From assembly GCA_949290565.1 (NCBI GenBank), contig CASESH010000022.1, positions 9 to 64,008 on the forward strand: DNA of 64,000 nucleotides. Reading direction: 5' to 3'. Below are positions 40,729 through 50,567 of the stretch, one piece after another; position 1 is the first letter of the stretch, and each line of letters opens with the position of its first letter. The notes under the pieces were generated by a model, which was given only the letters and a program-made list of their open reading frames with translations, was not told where the DNA came from and made no database searches. Source of the DNA: an uncultured Christensenella sp. Lineage in GTDB: Bacteria; Bacillota; Clostridia; Christensenellales; UBA1242. Both the position numbers and the translations under genes were made by a program.

Positions 40729-42657
40729 GTGTTGAATAAAAAAAACAAATTAAATAAATTATTTTCACTTTTTTTAGTTTTATGTTTTTCCATAATTTCC
40801 ATAATTTCATTTTCAGGTTGCAGTGAAATTAATGCTAATATGTATATGTCAATGGTGATGCATAGACCAGATTCTTATATTAATGGAGATACTGACATTT
40901 TAGAACTTTATGCTGATAATGTTCTTATTATATCAAACAATATTTGTAATGATTTGCTAAATAATTTTGGTGTACATAACAATGAAAATCAAATGACTGA
41001 TTTTAGGTCATTGTTTATGATTAATAACAACAATACTAATTTTAGTGTTATAAACACATCTAGGGACTTTTCTATAATTAATTCGTATATTTATTATAGA
41101 TTGCCAACTTTAAATGTTCCTATATTAGCGTTAGGAAATGTTTATCTAACTAGTGGTACTATTGATGGCGCAACTGAAATAAAAGATAATAAAATTTATT
41201 CTACATTGTCATCTTCTTCATCTACAAAATTAATGCAACTTAGTAATACTATTGATTCAAATAAACTTTTATTAAGTGGAGCAGAACTACAAATTAATAA
41301 TGTTTATAAATTATATAATTCTACAAGTATGGAAATTGATCAAGTTGTTTATTTCTTTATTGGAAATAACATAGGAGGCTATGATATTTCAACTAACGAA
41401 GGGGCTTTACAACTAATAAATAAAATTTATTCTGGTAATTATGCTAAAATCCAACATGATGTAAATTTAAATGAAGTTATAAACACAACAACTGCTTCAC
41501 CAATCAATTATAATAAATGGAATTTTTCTTTAAATACTAGTGATTTTACAAGTTATTATGCTAATCCAGAAGAATATAAAAAGATATTTATTCAAAAATA
41601 TTCAGAGGATATTGCAGTTCAATTATATAAATCTCTTTTAGTTGGTAATGAAGTGCAAAGATTTGGTACTCTATATACAAGCGCTTTAACTGGTGATAAC
41701 ACTGTATTTACTTTACAAGACTTTTACCTTGAAGCAATAAAATATATTGGAGTTGATAGGTCTAAATCTACATTTTCTATAAGTAAATTAGGAAAAACAT
41801 TTGCTTCAACTCAATTTGGAGAAAAAAAAGTTTTCTTAATGGCTTGTAGGCAATTTAGATTGCAATATGGATACTCTGAATATAGCGTAGAGAATTTGTT
41901 TTCTTATGCTTTTGTAGAAGAAATTATTGGCGGACAAGCAGATAACATTAAAGATTCAATTTTACAAATTTTAGTTAGTAATGCAAATTATTCATATTCA
42001 GAAGATGAAGAATCTCAAAATGTCTCTTATTCTTTGATGAAAAATTATTTAGATGGGGATTCACAGCAACAAACCAATTTAACTCTTCCTTTTGTTTCGA
42101 ATGTTTATGACCTTTCAGATGTAAGTCTTTTCCCAACAGACAACTCATATTTTATTAACTCAATGATTTTTAAAGGTGTTACTAATCAAGATTCCATTGA
42201 GATTAGTTCTTTTTACATGTCCTTTTCATGTGATAATATAGATTCAATAATTAATAATTATACTTTTTTGGTTAAGTATTGTACCTATGGTTTATTTGGA
42301 ATGTCTAGTGTAGAAATGTTTTTGTTGGATATGAATGAGGACACAATTTCTAATTTAGAGGTTGGATTATTGTATTTTGAATTCGAAGACTTAATTAGAC
42401 TAAATAATAACGGAGATGTAAATTCTATTCAAGACCGTGATCCTATTATTTTAAATACTGCAACTAAAGATGGTTCAATTCCAACATTTAATAATAACGT
42501 ACTGAATTATGCAGATGAGTTTAATGTTTCTAAAACATGGGGAACTTATGGAAATGGTTGTCTATATAATTCAAAAAAAGAAAAGAATGATTATTTTGAA
42601 ATAATTATGTTGTCTAGTTTATATGTTCCTATTTCTATTGAAATGATTTATTTTTAA
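40729..42657 (+). CDS. large surface lipoprotein of unknown function
   Basis: GTG start at 40729, 8 nt after GGGAGG. The signal peptide has the lipobox ISFSGC. The remaining roughly 600 aa are N/S/Y-rich with no motif I recognise. Confidence 0.7.
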   Translation: MLNKKNKLNKLFSLFLVLCFSIISIISFSGCSEINANMYMSMVMHRPDSYINGDTDILELYADNVLIISNNICNDLLNNFGVHNNENQMTDFRSLFMINNNNTNFSVINTSRDFSIINSYIYYRLPTLNVPILALGNVYLTSGTIDGATEIKDNKIYSTLSSSSSTKLMQLSNTIDSNKLLLSGAELQINNVYKLYNSTSMEIDQVVYFFIGNNIGGYDISTNEGALQLINKIYSGNYAKIQHDVNLNEVINTTTASPINYNKWNFSLNTSDFTSYYANPEEYKKIFIQKYSEDIAVQLYKSLLVGNEVQRFGTLYTSALTGDNTVFTLQDFYLEAIKYIGVDRSKSTFSISKLGKTFASTQFGEKKVFLMACRQFRLQYGYSEYSVENLFSYAFVEEIIGGQADNIKDSILQILVSNANYSYSEDEESQNVSYSLMKNYLDGDSQQQTNLTLPFVSNVYDLSDVSLFPTDNSYFINSMIFKGVTNQDSIEISSFYMSFSCDNIDSIINNYTFLVKYCTYGLFGMSSVEMFLLDMNEDTISNLEVGLLYFEFEDLIRLNNNGDVNSIQDRDPIILNTATKDGSIPTFNNNVLNYADEFNVSKTWGTYGNGCLYNSKKEKNDYFEIIMLSSLYVPISIEMIYF

Positions 42658-42735
42658 TTTTGTCTTATTTTGTTGTATATGTAAGTTAAAGTTTGTTATA
42701 ATAAATTAATTCCATTTTATTTATTGGAGGTCTTA

Positions 42736-45573
42736 ATGAATTTTGTATCAGGTATAGCAGGTTTAGCAAGTAACATTATAGGTTTTTTAAAAGGTTTATA
42801 TTTTTCTGTACAGTACGCTATTTTAAAAGGTATATTCTTTCTAATTGAATTTATTGAACTTTTGTTTAAAAAGATAGCAGGTATAGAAAATATGTCTTTT
42901 GGTAGTACCCAAATAGGTGGTGATAATGGAACTGATTTAGTTTTTGCTTTTATTCAAGATGAAAGAATAAAAACTACATTTTGGTCTATTTTAGGTTTTT
43001 CTATTATTATGTTAGTTATTTTTACTATTGTTGCTATAATTAAAACTGAATTTCATGTCTCTGATACTACTAAATACGCAAAAACTCCAATTATTGCTAG
43101 GTCATTAAAGGCTATTGCTCAATTTTTTGTGGTTCCCATTGTTTTTATTGTAGGAATTTTAGCATCTAATTTTTTAACTCAATCTGTTTATAGACTATTT
43201 AATCCTGATGAACAGGTTAGTATTACTGCAAAATGTTTCACTCTTGGTGGTTATAGTGCAAATCGTGCTAGATTAGACCCTGCGTTTGCTAAATTTTTAA
43301 GGACGGGGGATTTTTTAGAAGATTCTAGCAAAGATAAAAATCCTTTTGCTAATTTGCGTACTGATGAGGAGATTGCAAATTTAATTGATAGCCTAATTTT
43401 AGGAACTAGTAGTGAATCTGGTGTTAGTGCAATTGATTCTAGTGGGAATTATTTGCTATTAACATTAAACTATAAAAATTTAAGCAATGGAGATTGGAAT
43501 GAATATGAAAATGATGTAAATGGTGGTTATGCTCCTTGGGAATCAAACGCCCTAGGATTTCCAAATGAAGTATCCGAAAAAAATAGTGTCCCATATGCTA
43601 GTTTTAAGGCAGTTTTGTTTTATTATGATCCATTTGAATACAACTTTCTTTTTGCTCTACTTGCTTCAATTATTTTAGCGTATAATTTTCTTGCCGTTTG
43701 TTTAGCACTCTTTAAAAGGGCGTTTGAAATGGTAATTTTATTTTTAATATCTCCTGTTGTAGTTTCGCTTTCTCCGTTAGATGGGGGTTCTGCCGTTACA
43801 AAATGGCAGGGTGAGATGATAAAACGTTTATTTGCCGTTATTGCTCCATTGTTTGCATATAATATGTTTTTATTATTAACTCCAATTTTGTTTGAAATTA
43901 ATGTGTTTGGCTCAACAGCTTCTAGTACTGCTTCAATTAATTTATTAAATTCAAATTTTAGTCAGATGGGTGTTGTTGGTTTAGTCGTTGGTAATATAGT
44001 TATAACTTATGTAGTAGCAAATTTGATGTTTCAATTGATAGTCTTAATTGTTGGTTCTAGTTTTATTAAAACTGGTTCTAAATGGTTAGGAAATTTCTTA
44101 GGGATAAATGATTTAGTTACAGAAGGTACAGGTATGGTAGAAAATGCAGCAAAACAGGCTGTTAACGCCGCAGTTACAACTGCTACGATTGCTACCGGTG
44201 TAGGTGTTATGGGTGCCGGAGGACTTTCTAAACTAGCCGGAGGAATTAAGGGTTTTGCAAGTAATGTTAGAGCAAAACATACTGCCGAAGGTAAAGCCTT
44301 GCTTTCTAGTAAAAAAGAATCTGTTATGGCAGAAAAGAAGTTAAGTGAAGTTGAAAAAAAATATGGCAGTGATAGTCAAGAATATATGGATGCTCAACAA
44401 GAGTACATAAGTAGTGTAGGTAAGTATTCAAATTTAAAAGATTCATTTAAAGAAGGTAAATATCTTGAACCTAATAAAAAAATAAAAAAGATTGAAGAAA
44501 AAAAGAAAATATTGGAAAGTCAGTTAAAAGACGCTTCAACTCCGGCTGAACGCAAAAAAATTGAAAGAGAAATAAATGTTCAAAATAAGTTATTAGAAAA
44601 AGAAGATGAAAAGAGAAAGAATAGAGTTCAAAGAGTTTTAGATTTTGATGAAAGTCATCCACAACTAAGTGGTAAATGGCAACAAGTTAAAGATTTAGGT
44701 GGTCATATTAAAGAGGGCACAACTAATAGTCTTTGGAAAGCAGGACATCATCCTTTTCATACTATTGGTGGAGCCATAGGTAAGTCTCTTGGTGCAGTAG
44801 GCGGAAGTATAAAAAAATATTATGATGAACATGATAACAAAAAAACTTTCAGCAATATGCTAAATTCTATTGGAAATATAACAGGTGTTGGGAGTCCTTT
44901 AAAAGAAGCAAAAAAACTTTGGGGTGAAAGTTCTCATTCATCAAAGATAAAAAAACAAGGTGCTAGTGCAAAAGGTGGAGAGGAAGATTTTGACCAAGTA
45001 GTTGGTGGTGGAGAAAGCAGTGGCGGAACAAGTTCTAATAAAGTCGATGAAATTATTGAAGAACTTGAATTAATGAAGGCTATTATGGCTGCTGATATGA
45101 TTACAAAAGGTTCTAATGAGGAAAAAGAATACGCTGGGTTGAAGGAAGCGTTACAACAGGCTCAACGTATGGGCGATGTTAAAGAGATTAAAATTGCTAA
45201 GGCAAATATTGAAAATTTTGAAACAAAGCATGGTATTACTCAAAAAGCACAAGAAGCATATAGAAATATTGATAATGATGTTGAATTACAAAGAAAACTT
45301 ATGGAGAAAAAGGCAGAACTAATAAGAGAAGCAAAGGAACAAGCCGCAAGAGAGGCTGGTATTCCGGAAGACTTTGATAAAGACCAAAAAACAAAAATAG
45401 ATGATGACCAATTGAATAATCTTGTAAAAAATTTGTCAGGAAGTATTGGCGAGCAATTAAAATCAAATTCAAAAGAACTTGAAGATATGTTTAAGGGAAT
45501 TCAACAGGGAATTTATTCTTTTAGTGATGGACTTGATAAGATTGCTAAGATTCTTGAAAAAGAAAAGAAATAG
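42736..45573 (+). CDS. VirB6/TrbL/TcpH-like polytopic membrane protein with long charged C-terminal domain
   Basis: ATG at 42736 after GGAGG. Multiple TM helices span the first roughly 470 aa. Then come a Gly-rich stretch (TGVGVMGAGGLSKLAGGIKGF) and about 430 aa of K/E-rich coiled-coil-like sequence. The gene sits immediately upstream of virB4. Confidence 0.6.
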   Translation: MNFVSGIAGLASNIIGFLKGLYFSVQYAILKGIFFLIEFIELLFKKIAGIENMSFGSTQIGGDNGTDLVFAFIQDERIKTTFWSILGFSIIMLVIFTIVAIIKTEFHVSDTTKYAKTPIIARSLKAIAQFFVVPIVFIVGILASNFLTQSVYRLFNPDEQVSITAKCFTLGGYSANRARLDPAFAKFLRTGDFLEDSSKDKNPFANLRTDEEIANLIDSLILGTSSESGVSAIDSSGNYLLLTLNYKNLSNGDWNEYENDVNGGYAPWESNALGFPNEVSEKNSVPYASFKAVLFYYDPFEYNFLFALLASIILAYNFLAVCLALFKRAFEMVILFLISPVVVSLSPLDGGSAVTKWQGEMIKRLFAVIAPLFAYNMFLLLTPILFEINVFGSTASSTASINLLNSNFSQMGVVGLVVGNIVITYVVANLMFQLIVLIVGSSFIKTGSKWLGNFLGINDLVTEGTGMVENAAKQAVNAAVTTATIATGVGVMGAGGLSKLAGGIKGFASNVRAKHTAEGKALLSSKKESVMAEKKLSEVEKKYGSDSQEYMDAQQEYISSVGKYSNLKDSFKEGKYLEPNKKIKKIEEKKKILESQLKDASTPAERKKIEREINVQNKLLEKEDEKRKNRVQRVLDFDESHPQLSGKWQQVKDLGGHIKEGTTNSLWKAGHHPFHTIGGAIGKSLGAVGGSIKKYYDEHDNKKTFSNMLNSIGNITGVGSPLKEAKKLWGESSHSSKIKKQGASAKGGEEDFDQVVGGGESSGGTSSNKVDEIIEELELMKAIMAADMITKGSNEEKEYAGLKEALQQAQRMGDVKEIKIAKANIENFETKHGITQKAQEAYRNIDNDVELQRKLMEKKAELIREAKEQAAREAGIPEDFDKDQKTKIDDDQLNNLVKNLSGSIGEQLKSNSKELEDMFKGIQQGIYSFSDGLDKIAKILEKEKK

Positions 45574-45617
45574 TATTCTTTTTAGAAATAAATTTATATA
45601 ACGAGGTAAATGTTATT

Positions 45618-48245
45618 ATGATGAGATATATACCTAGAAAAACAAAAGTAAAAATGGAATTTTTTAAAGGTGTTACTTTGGCAGATGTTATAGTCGCTGC
45701 CATTGCTCTTGCTGTTGCTGCTATCTTCATTATTAGTAATTTACCTTATAAATGGTATATTGCTCTTGGTTGGTTATGTATCATGGCTATGATGTATATT
45801 CCTGTTGAAGATGGTTTGAGATTACATGGTACGCTTGGATTAATAGTTAGATTTGTTGCTTTTAAGAAAAACTATAATAAATCAGAAGTTAACAAAAGAA
45901 CTAATCGTTTAAAAATAAGAGATATTGTACCATATGAAGGAATTATTCAAGATAAATTTATTGATTTTAAAGAATATTATGGTATGGTAATTGAAATAAA
46001 ACCAATTGAGTTCGGTCTTTTAAATGAGAAAAAACAGGAAATGGTTATAAATTCTTTTGCAAATGCTATAAGAAGAATTGCTAATGAACAATCTGCAAGC
46101 ATCATAAAAGTTAATAAGGCGCTTGTTTTTGATGACTACATTACAAATGAGGATAAAAAATATGATGATTTGATGGAACTTCAATATGAAGGGGAGATGA
46201 CTGAGGCCGAAATTACTGCAAGGTCTGATGTCTTTGAAACTAGGGTTAGACAACTTGACAACATGAATAAAAGTGAAAAGGTTTATAAAGATTTCTTTTA
46301 TATTGTTGTTTATGATAAAGATATGGAAACTCTTGAAAGTACTATTGATGGTATGGTCAACACTCTTGGTAACAGTGTAGTTCCTCTTGTTTCACATAAA
46401 CTTGTTGGAAAAGAACTTCCTATATTCCTTAGAGCAAATTATAGTAAGTTTTTTGATGAAAGAGATTTGGAAAATATTCCAAGAGACCAACATATAAATT
46501 GGTCTATTCCTGAAAGTATAAATTTTAAAACAGGCAAAACAATTATTGATAAGCAACCTTATAAAACTTTTGTAATTACAGAGTATCCTATTGAAGTTGG
46601 TAATGCTTGGGGTGCTCCTCTTTTTGCAATTGGAAATACAAATGTAGTTGTCAATTTTAAACCTGTTCCAAAGGCCATTGGGGAAAAAAGAATTGATAAA
46701 TCTATTATAGAAATGGAAACTAAAATTTTTGGTTCCTATAAGAGTAGCCAAAAGGTTGAACTTGAAATCCAATATAATTCCTTAAAAGAATTGCTTGTTA
46801 TGTTAAAAGGTAACAATGAACAACTTTTTGAAACTAATATTCATTTAATTTGTGAAGATTCAGCAAAAAAAGAAGTTAGGGCAATTTTAAAACAAAATGG
46901 TTTTAGATATGCAGAAATGTTTGGCCGTCAAGTTGATTCTTTTATCAGTAGAAATGTTTCTGCCCTTGATACTATTAAAGATTTTAAAAGAGATATTCCT
47001 ACAACAACTCTTGCTTCTATATTCCCATTCATTTCTGGGGCTTTACTTGATGAAAAGGGAATTTATATAGGTTATAATGAATATCCTGTTTTTATTGACT
47101 TATTTAAAAGAGATAAAGAAAGAGCAAATAGTAACGTTATGATTATTGGTAAGTCTGGTGGCGGTAAATCTTATGCAACAAAAACACTACTAACTAATCT
47201 TGCTTGTGATAATACCAAAGTTTTCGTTCTTGACCCAGAAGATGAGTACACCCCTCTTTCTTATAACATGCAAGGTAATGTTCTTGATGTTGGTTCATCT
47301 CAAAAAGGTAGGTTTAATCCTTTTCACATTATGACTACTCTTGATGCTGATGAAGGGGGTTCCGATGATTCCTATTCAACTCACTTACAATTCTTGGAGG
47401 AATTTTTCTCTGTTATTTTACCAGGTATGCCATCAGAGGCTTTTGAGGTTCTAAATTCTTTGACTATTGAGGCTTATAAGCAAAAAGGAATTAATGCTCA
47501 AACTCCTATTACAAAATTAAAACCAGAAGATTTTCCTATTTTTGATGACCTTTATAAACTTGCAAATGATAAGTTAAAAGTTGAAAAAGATGATTATCAT
47601 AGAAGAACTTTACAAACTGTTGTTACTTACATTTCTAAATTTGCAACGGGTGGTCGTAACAGTAACCTTTGGAATGGTCCAATGTCCATTGCTACTAAGG
47701 AAAACTTTATTACATTTAATTTCCGTTCTTTACTTGCTAATAGAAACCAAGTTATTGCTAATGCTCAAATGCTGTTAGTCTTTAAGTATTTAGACAATGA
47801 AATCATTAAAAATAAGGACTTCAACGATAAATATAAGGCTAATAGACATATTGTTGTTGCCGTTGATGAGGCGCACGTTTTTATTAATCCTAAACACCCA
47901 ATCGCTCTTGAATTTATGGCTCAGATGGCAAAGCGTATTCGTAAGTATGGGGGAATGCAAATTGTTATTACACAAAACATTAAAGACTTCGTTGGTAGTG
48001 TAGAAATTCAAAGACAATCAACGGCTATTATTAATGCTAGTCAGTATTCATTTATTTTCTCACTTGCACCTAACGATATTACTGACCTTATTGACCTTTA
48101 CAGAAATGCTGGTGAAATCAACCAGGAAGAACAAGATAGCATTGTTACGGCAGGAGTTGGACAGGCTTTCTTAATTACAGGAGCATTGTCTAGGACCTCT
48201 GTCAAAATTGAGGCAAATGAGGCTGTGAAAAAATTATTCTCTTAA
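45618..48245 (+). CDS. VirB4/TraE/TcpF-family T4SS ATPase with N-terminal VirB3/PrgI/TcpE-like TM module
   Basis: Two N-terminal TM helices (aa about 20-65). Walker A IIGKSGGGKSYATKTLL (about 47147-47173), FVLDPEDEY, Walker B VAVDEAHVF (about 47851-47880) and RKYGGMQIVITQN. Confidence 0.9.
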   Translation: MMRYIPRKTKVKMEFFKGVTLADVIVAAIALAVAAIFIISNLPYKWYIALGWLCIMAMMYIPVEDGLRLHGTLGLIVRFVAFKKNYNKSEVNKRTNRLKIRDIVPYEGIIQDKFIDFKEYYGMVIEIKPIEFGLLNEKKQEMVINSFANAIRRIANEQSASIIKVNKALVFDDYITNEDKKYDDLMELQYEGEMTEAEITARSDVFETRVRQLDNMNKSEKVYKDFFYIVVYDKDMETLESTIDGMVNTLGNSVVPLVSHKLVGKELPIFLRANYSKFFDERDLENIPRDQHINWSIPESINFKTGKTIIDKQPYKTFVITEYPIEVGNAWGAPLFAIGNTNVVVNFKPVPKAIGEKRIDKSIIEMETKIFGSYKSSQKVELEIQYNSLKELLVMLKGNNEQLFETNIHLICEDSAKKEVRAILKQNGFRYAEMFGRQVDSFISRNVSALDTIKDFKRDIPTTTLASIFPFISGALLDEKGIYIGYNEYPVFIDLFKRDKERANSNVMIIGKSGGGKSYATKTLLTNLACDNTKVFVLDPEDEYTPLSYNMQGNVLDVGSSQKGRFNPFHIMTTLDADEGGSDDSYSTHLQFLEEFFSVILPGMPSEAFEVLNSLTIEAYKQKGINAQTPITKLKPEDFPIFDDLYKLANDKLKVEKDDYHRRTLQTVVTYISKFATGGRNSNLWNGPMSIATKENFITFNFRSLLANRNQVIANAQMLLVFKYLDNEIIKNKDFNDKYKANRHIVVAVDEAHVFINPKHPIALEFMAQMAKRIRKYGGMQIVITQNIKDFVGSVEIQRQSTAIINASQYSFIFSLAPNDITDLIDLYRNAGEINQEEQDSIVTAGVGQAFLITGALSRTSVKIEANEAVKKLFS

Positions 48246-48278
48246 TGCGAATTTATTGTTATTTTGTTGTTTTTTATG

Positions 48279-48307
48279 AGTAAGTTAAAAGACTTACTCT
48301 TTTTTAT
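48279..48307 (+). terminator. terminator after virB4
   Basis: GAGTAAGT pairs with GACTTACTC, followed by TTTTTT. Confidence 0.65.
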
Positions 48308-48399
48308 TGTCAATATTTACAAATAAAATATTTACTCTTGATTTTTAACATATAATATGTTATATTTGTCATAACAAAAAGGTGAGGTATTTAAATTTT

Positions 48400-50547
48400 A
48401 TGAAAAATGATGTAATGAAAGAATTAAATAAACAGGCTTTTGATCTTTTTAAGGCTTACATTAGCAAGGTTACTGAAAAAAGAGAAACTCTTGAATCTTT
48501 GCTTGAAAAGATTAAAGATACTAATTCTATTGATTTTATTAAAGACATAAAATTATTTCCTGATAGTAAATTAGATTCTGCTTCTGCAAGCCAAAAAGAT
48601 GAAATTTGTAAGATGTTCTTAGAAAATTGCAATGAGGAAAATTTTTCTAAATTGCTTGCTTTTTTAGAAGATAATATTGAGGGTGTTAAAACAAGAACTG
48701 TTGGTGATTTTGATAATATAATGCATGTTATTTCTGAGGGAGATAATAAAATTAAAGATAAAAATCATAAAAACAATTACTTGTTAAGTGCTTTTAAATT
48801 GTTAGAAGATGGTGGTGAAGGTTTAACAGGTGATGAATTAGTTAATTTACTTTCGTCCTATCAATTTAATAATGAATTTATTTATAAAAATAAAAATAAT
48901 TTTGAGCATTTCCGTAACATTCAATATGATTTGTTCATTGATGGAATTTTTAGCAAAAAAATTAATAAAAAACTTATTGATAAATTACAAGAAATTGGCA
49001 TAGATTCTACTTTGCTTGAAGGTATTTTAAAATCAGAACAAGAACTTGCTTTATCTAATTTAAGTAAAACAGATAAAATTGATGTTAAGGATGTTTTTAC
49101 ACCTATTGTTGAACTAGATAATAAAATAGTTAGCACTATTGCTGGTTCATTTGTAAAGGGGCATCTTCAACTTGAAGATAGCGAAAATCCTATTGTTAAT
49201 CTAAATAAATTAAAAGCAAAAGATTTTGATTTGTTAAGAAAAATGCTAGGTTTAGGTAAAGATGTTTCTATTAAAAATTATAGTCTAAAATTAAAAGAGT
49301 ATGCAGATTCAATTGATTTTGTTACTAGCAAATTCTTTGAGGACTATAATTCTAGTATTAGAAAAGATTTTACTGAAAACGATTTCAAACTTTACTTAGT
49401 TAATACTTTAATTAAAAATGGCGCATTGGCTAAACAAAATAAAGAAGAATTTTTGAATGCTTGTATAAAAGCAACTTTGGAAAATGACTTCAAAATGGTT
49501 ATGGAAGATGATAAACAAAAACCTATTGAATTCGTTAAGAAAGAAAAAGGCAAATTTTATACAAAAGGTTATGTTTATTATGATGGTAAAGTTTATGAAC
49601 TCGACAATGTTCCTCTTTCTAAACAAAACAAGGGTGAATTCTCTGTAAGTAGTAGTTATGATTTAGATGCTATTAAAGAGGATTTAAAGAAAAAATATGG
49701 AACTTATTTTAATGATTTGAAATTGGACAATGTTCATTTTGACAAAATGCCTCTTAGTGAATATTTTATAGATTTATACGACAAAGAAGTCTCACCAGAA
49801 CAATTACCTGTACAAAAAATTGATCCTAACTTTATTTTTAATTCTACTGATTTTTATAAACAAGCATTAAGAGAATCAAGACAAAAGGCAGTAGAGTATC
49901 TTGCTACATATGGTCCTACTCCTACTCCTACTCCTGTTCCAAATCCAAACCCTAATCCTAAACCTCGCAATAAGAATAGAAAAAGGGCTAAAAAACCAAA
50001 TTTTACATCAAGTAAAAATTATCTTTTAAATAAAATATCTTTTTTAACTTCTTCAAACGATTATGTAGGTTTAGTAAAATTCTACAATGCTTTAATTAAA
50101 AAGTACAGTGATAGTTTAAAGAAGTATGATATCATAAATGATAAACAGGCTACCGATTATGTTCTTTTCTTAGAAGATAAAATTAAGACTTTTAAAGATT
50201 ATATTAATGATAATTTTGTTAAAAATGATTTTAATAACTTTACTCCTATAAAACCAACAATTAAAAAATTTACTAATGTTAAACCTGCTAATTTTACTTC
50301 TAGAAAAAGAAATATTGAAAATAAAATTGGTGTTCTTACAACTTCAAATGATTATAAAGGTATGGTTAGTTTTTATAATAGTTTAGTAAATAGATACAAT
50401 AGTTTACCACAACAATATGATGTTATAAATGACCAAAAAGCAAAAGATTATTTCTCATTCTTAGAAACAAAACTTAATAATTTTCAACAATATATGAATG
50501 ATAACTTTGTAAGAAAAGATTTTGAAGAACCTCAATTTTTAAAATAA
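48400..50547 (+). CDS. hypothetical soluble protein with PT/PN linker and two C-terminal ~85-aa repeats
   Basis: ATG at 48400 after AGGTGAGG. No TM segment. The linker is PTPTPTPVPNPNPNPKP (about 49912-49968). Two paralogous modules (about 49993-50240 and 50281-50535) share NFTS..K...L.TSNDY.G.V.FYN.L...Y......YD.IND..A.DY..FLE.K...F..Y.NDNFV..DF. Confidence 0.7.
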   Translation: MKNDVMKELNKQAFDLFKAYISKVTEKRETLESLLEKIKDTNSIDFIKDIKLFPDSKLDSASASQKDEICKMFLENCNEENFSKLLAFLEDNIEGVKTRTVGDFDNIMHVISEGDNKIKDKNHKNNYLLSAFKLLEDGGEGLTGDELVNLLSSYQFNNEFIYKNKNNFEHFRNIQYDLFIDGIFSKKINKKLIDKLQEIGIDSTLLEGILKSEQELALSNLSKTDKIDVKDVFTPIVELDNKIVSTIAGSFVKGHLQLEDSENPIVNLNKLKAKDFDLLRKMLGLGKDVSIKNYSLKLKEYADSIDFVTSKFFEDYNSSIRKDFTENDFKLYLVNTLIKNGALAKQNKEEFLNACIKATLENDFKMVMEDDKQKPIEFVKKEKGKFYTKGYVYYDGKVYELDNVPLSKQNKGEFSVSSSYDLDAIKEDLKKKYGTYFNDLKLDNVHFDKMPLSEYFIDLYDKEVSPEQLPVQKIDPNFIFNSTDFYKQALRESRQKAVEYLATYGPTPTPTPVPNPNPNPKPRNKNRKRAKKPNFTSSKNYLLNKISFLTSSNDYVGLVKFYNALIKKYSDSLKKYDIINDKQATDYVLFLEDKIKTFKDYINDNFVKNDFNNFTPIKPTIKKFTNVKPANFTSRKRNIENKIGVLTTSNDYKGMVSFYNSLVNRYNSLPQQYDVINDQKAKDYFSFLETKLNNFQQYMNDNFVRKDFEEPQFLK

Positions 50548-50567
50548 ACTAAAACGGAGATGTTTAA

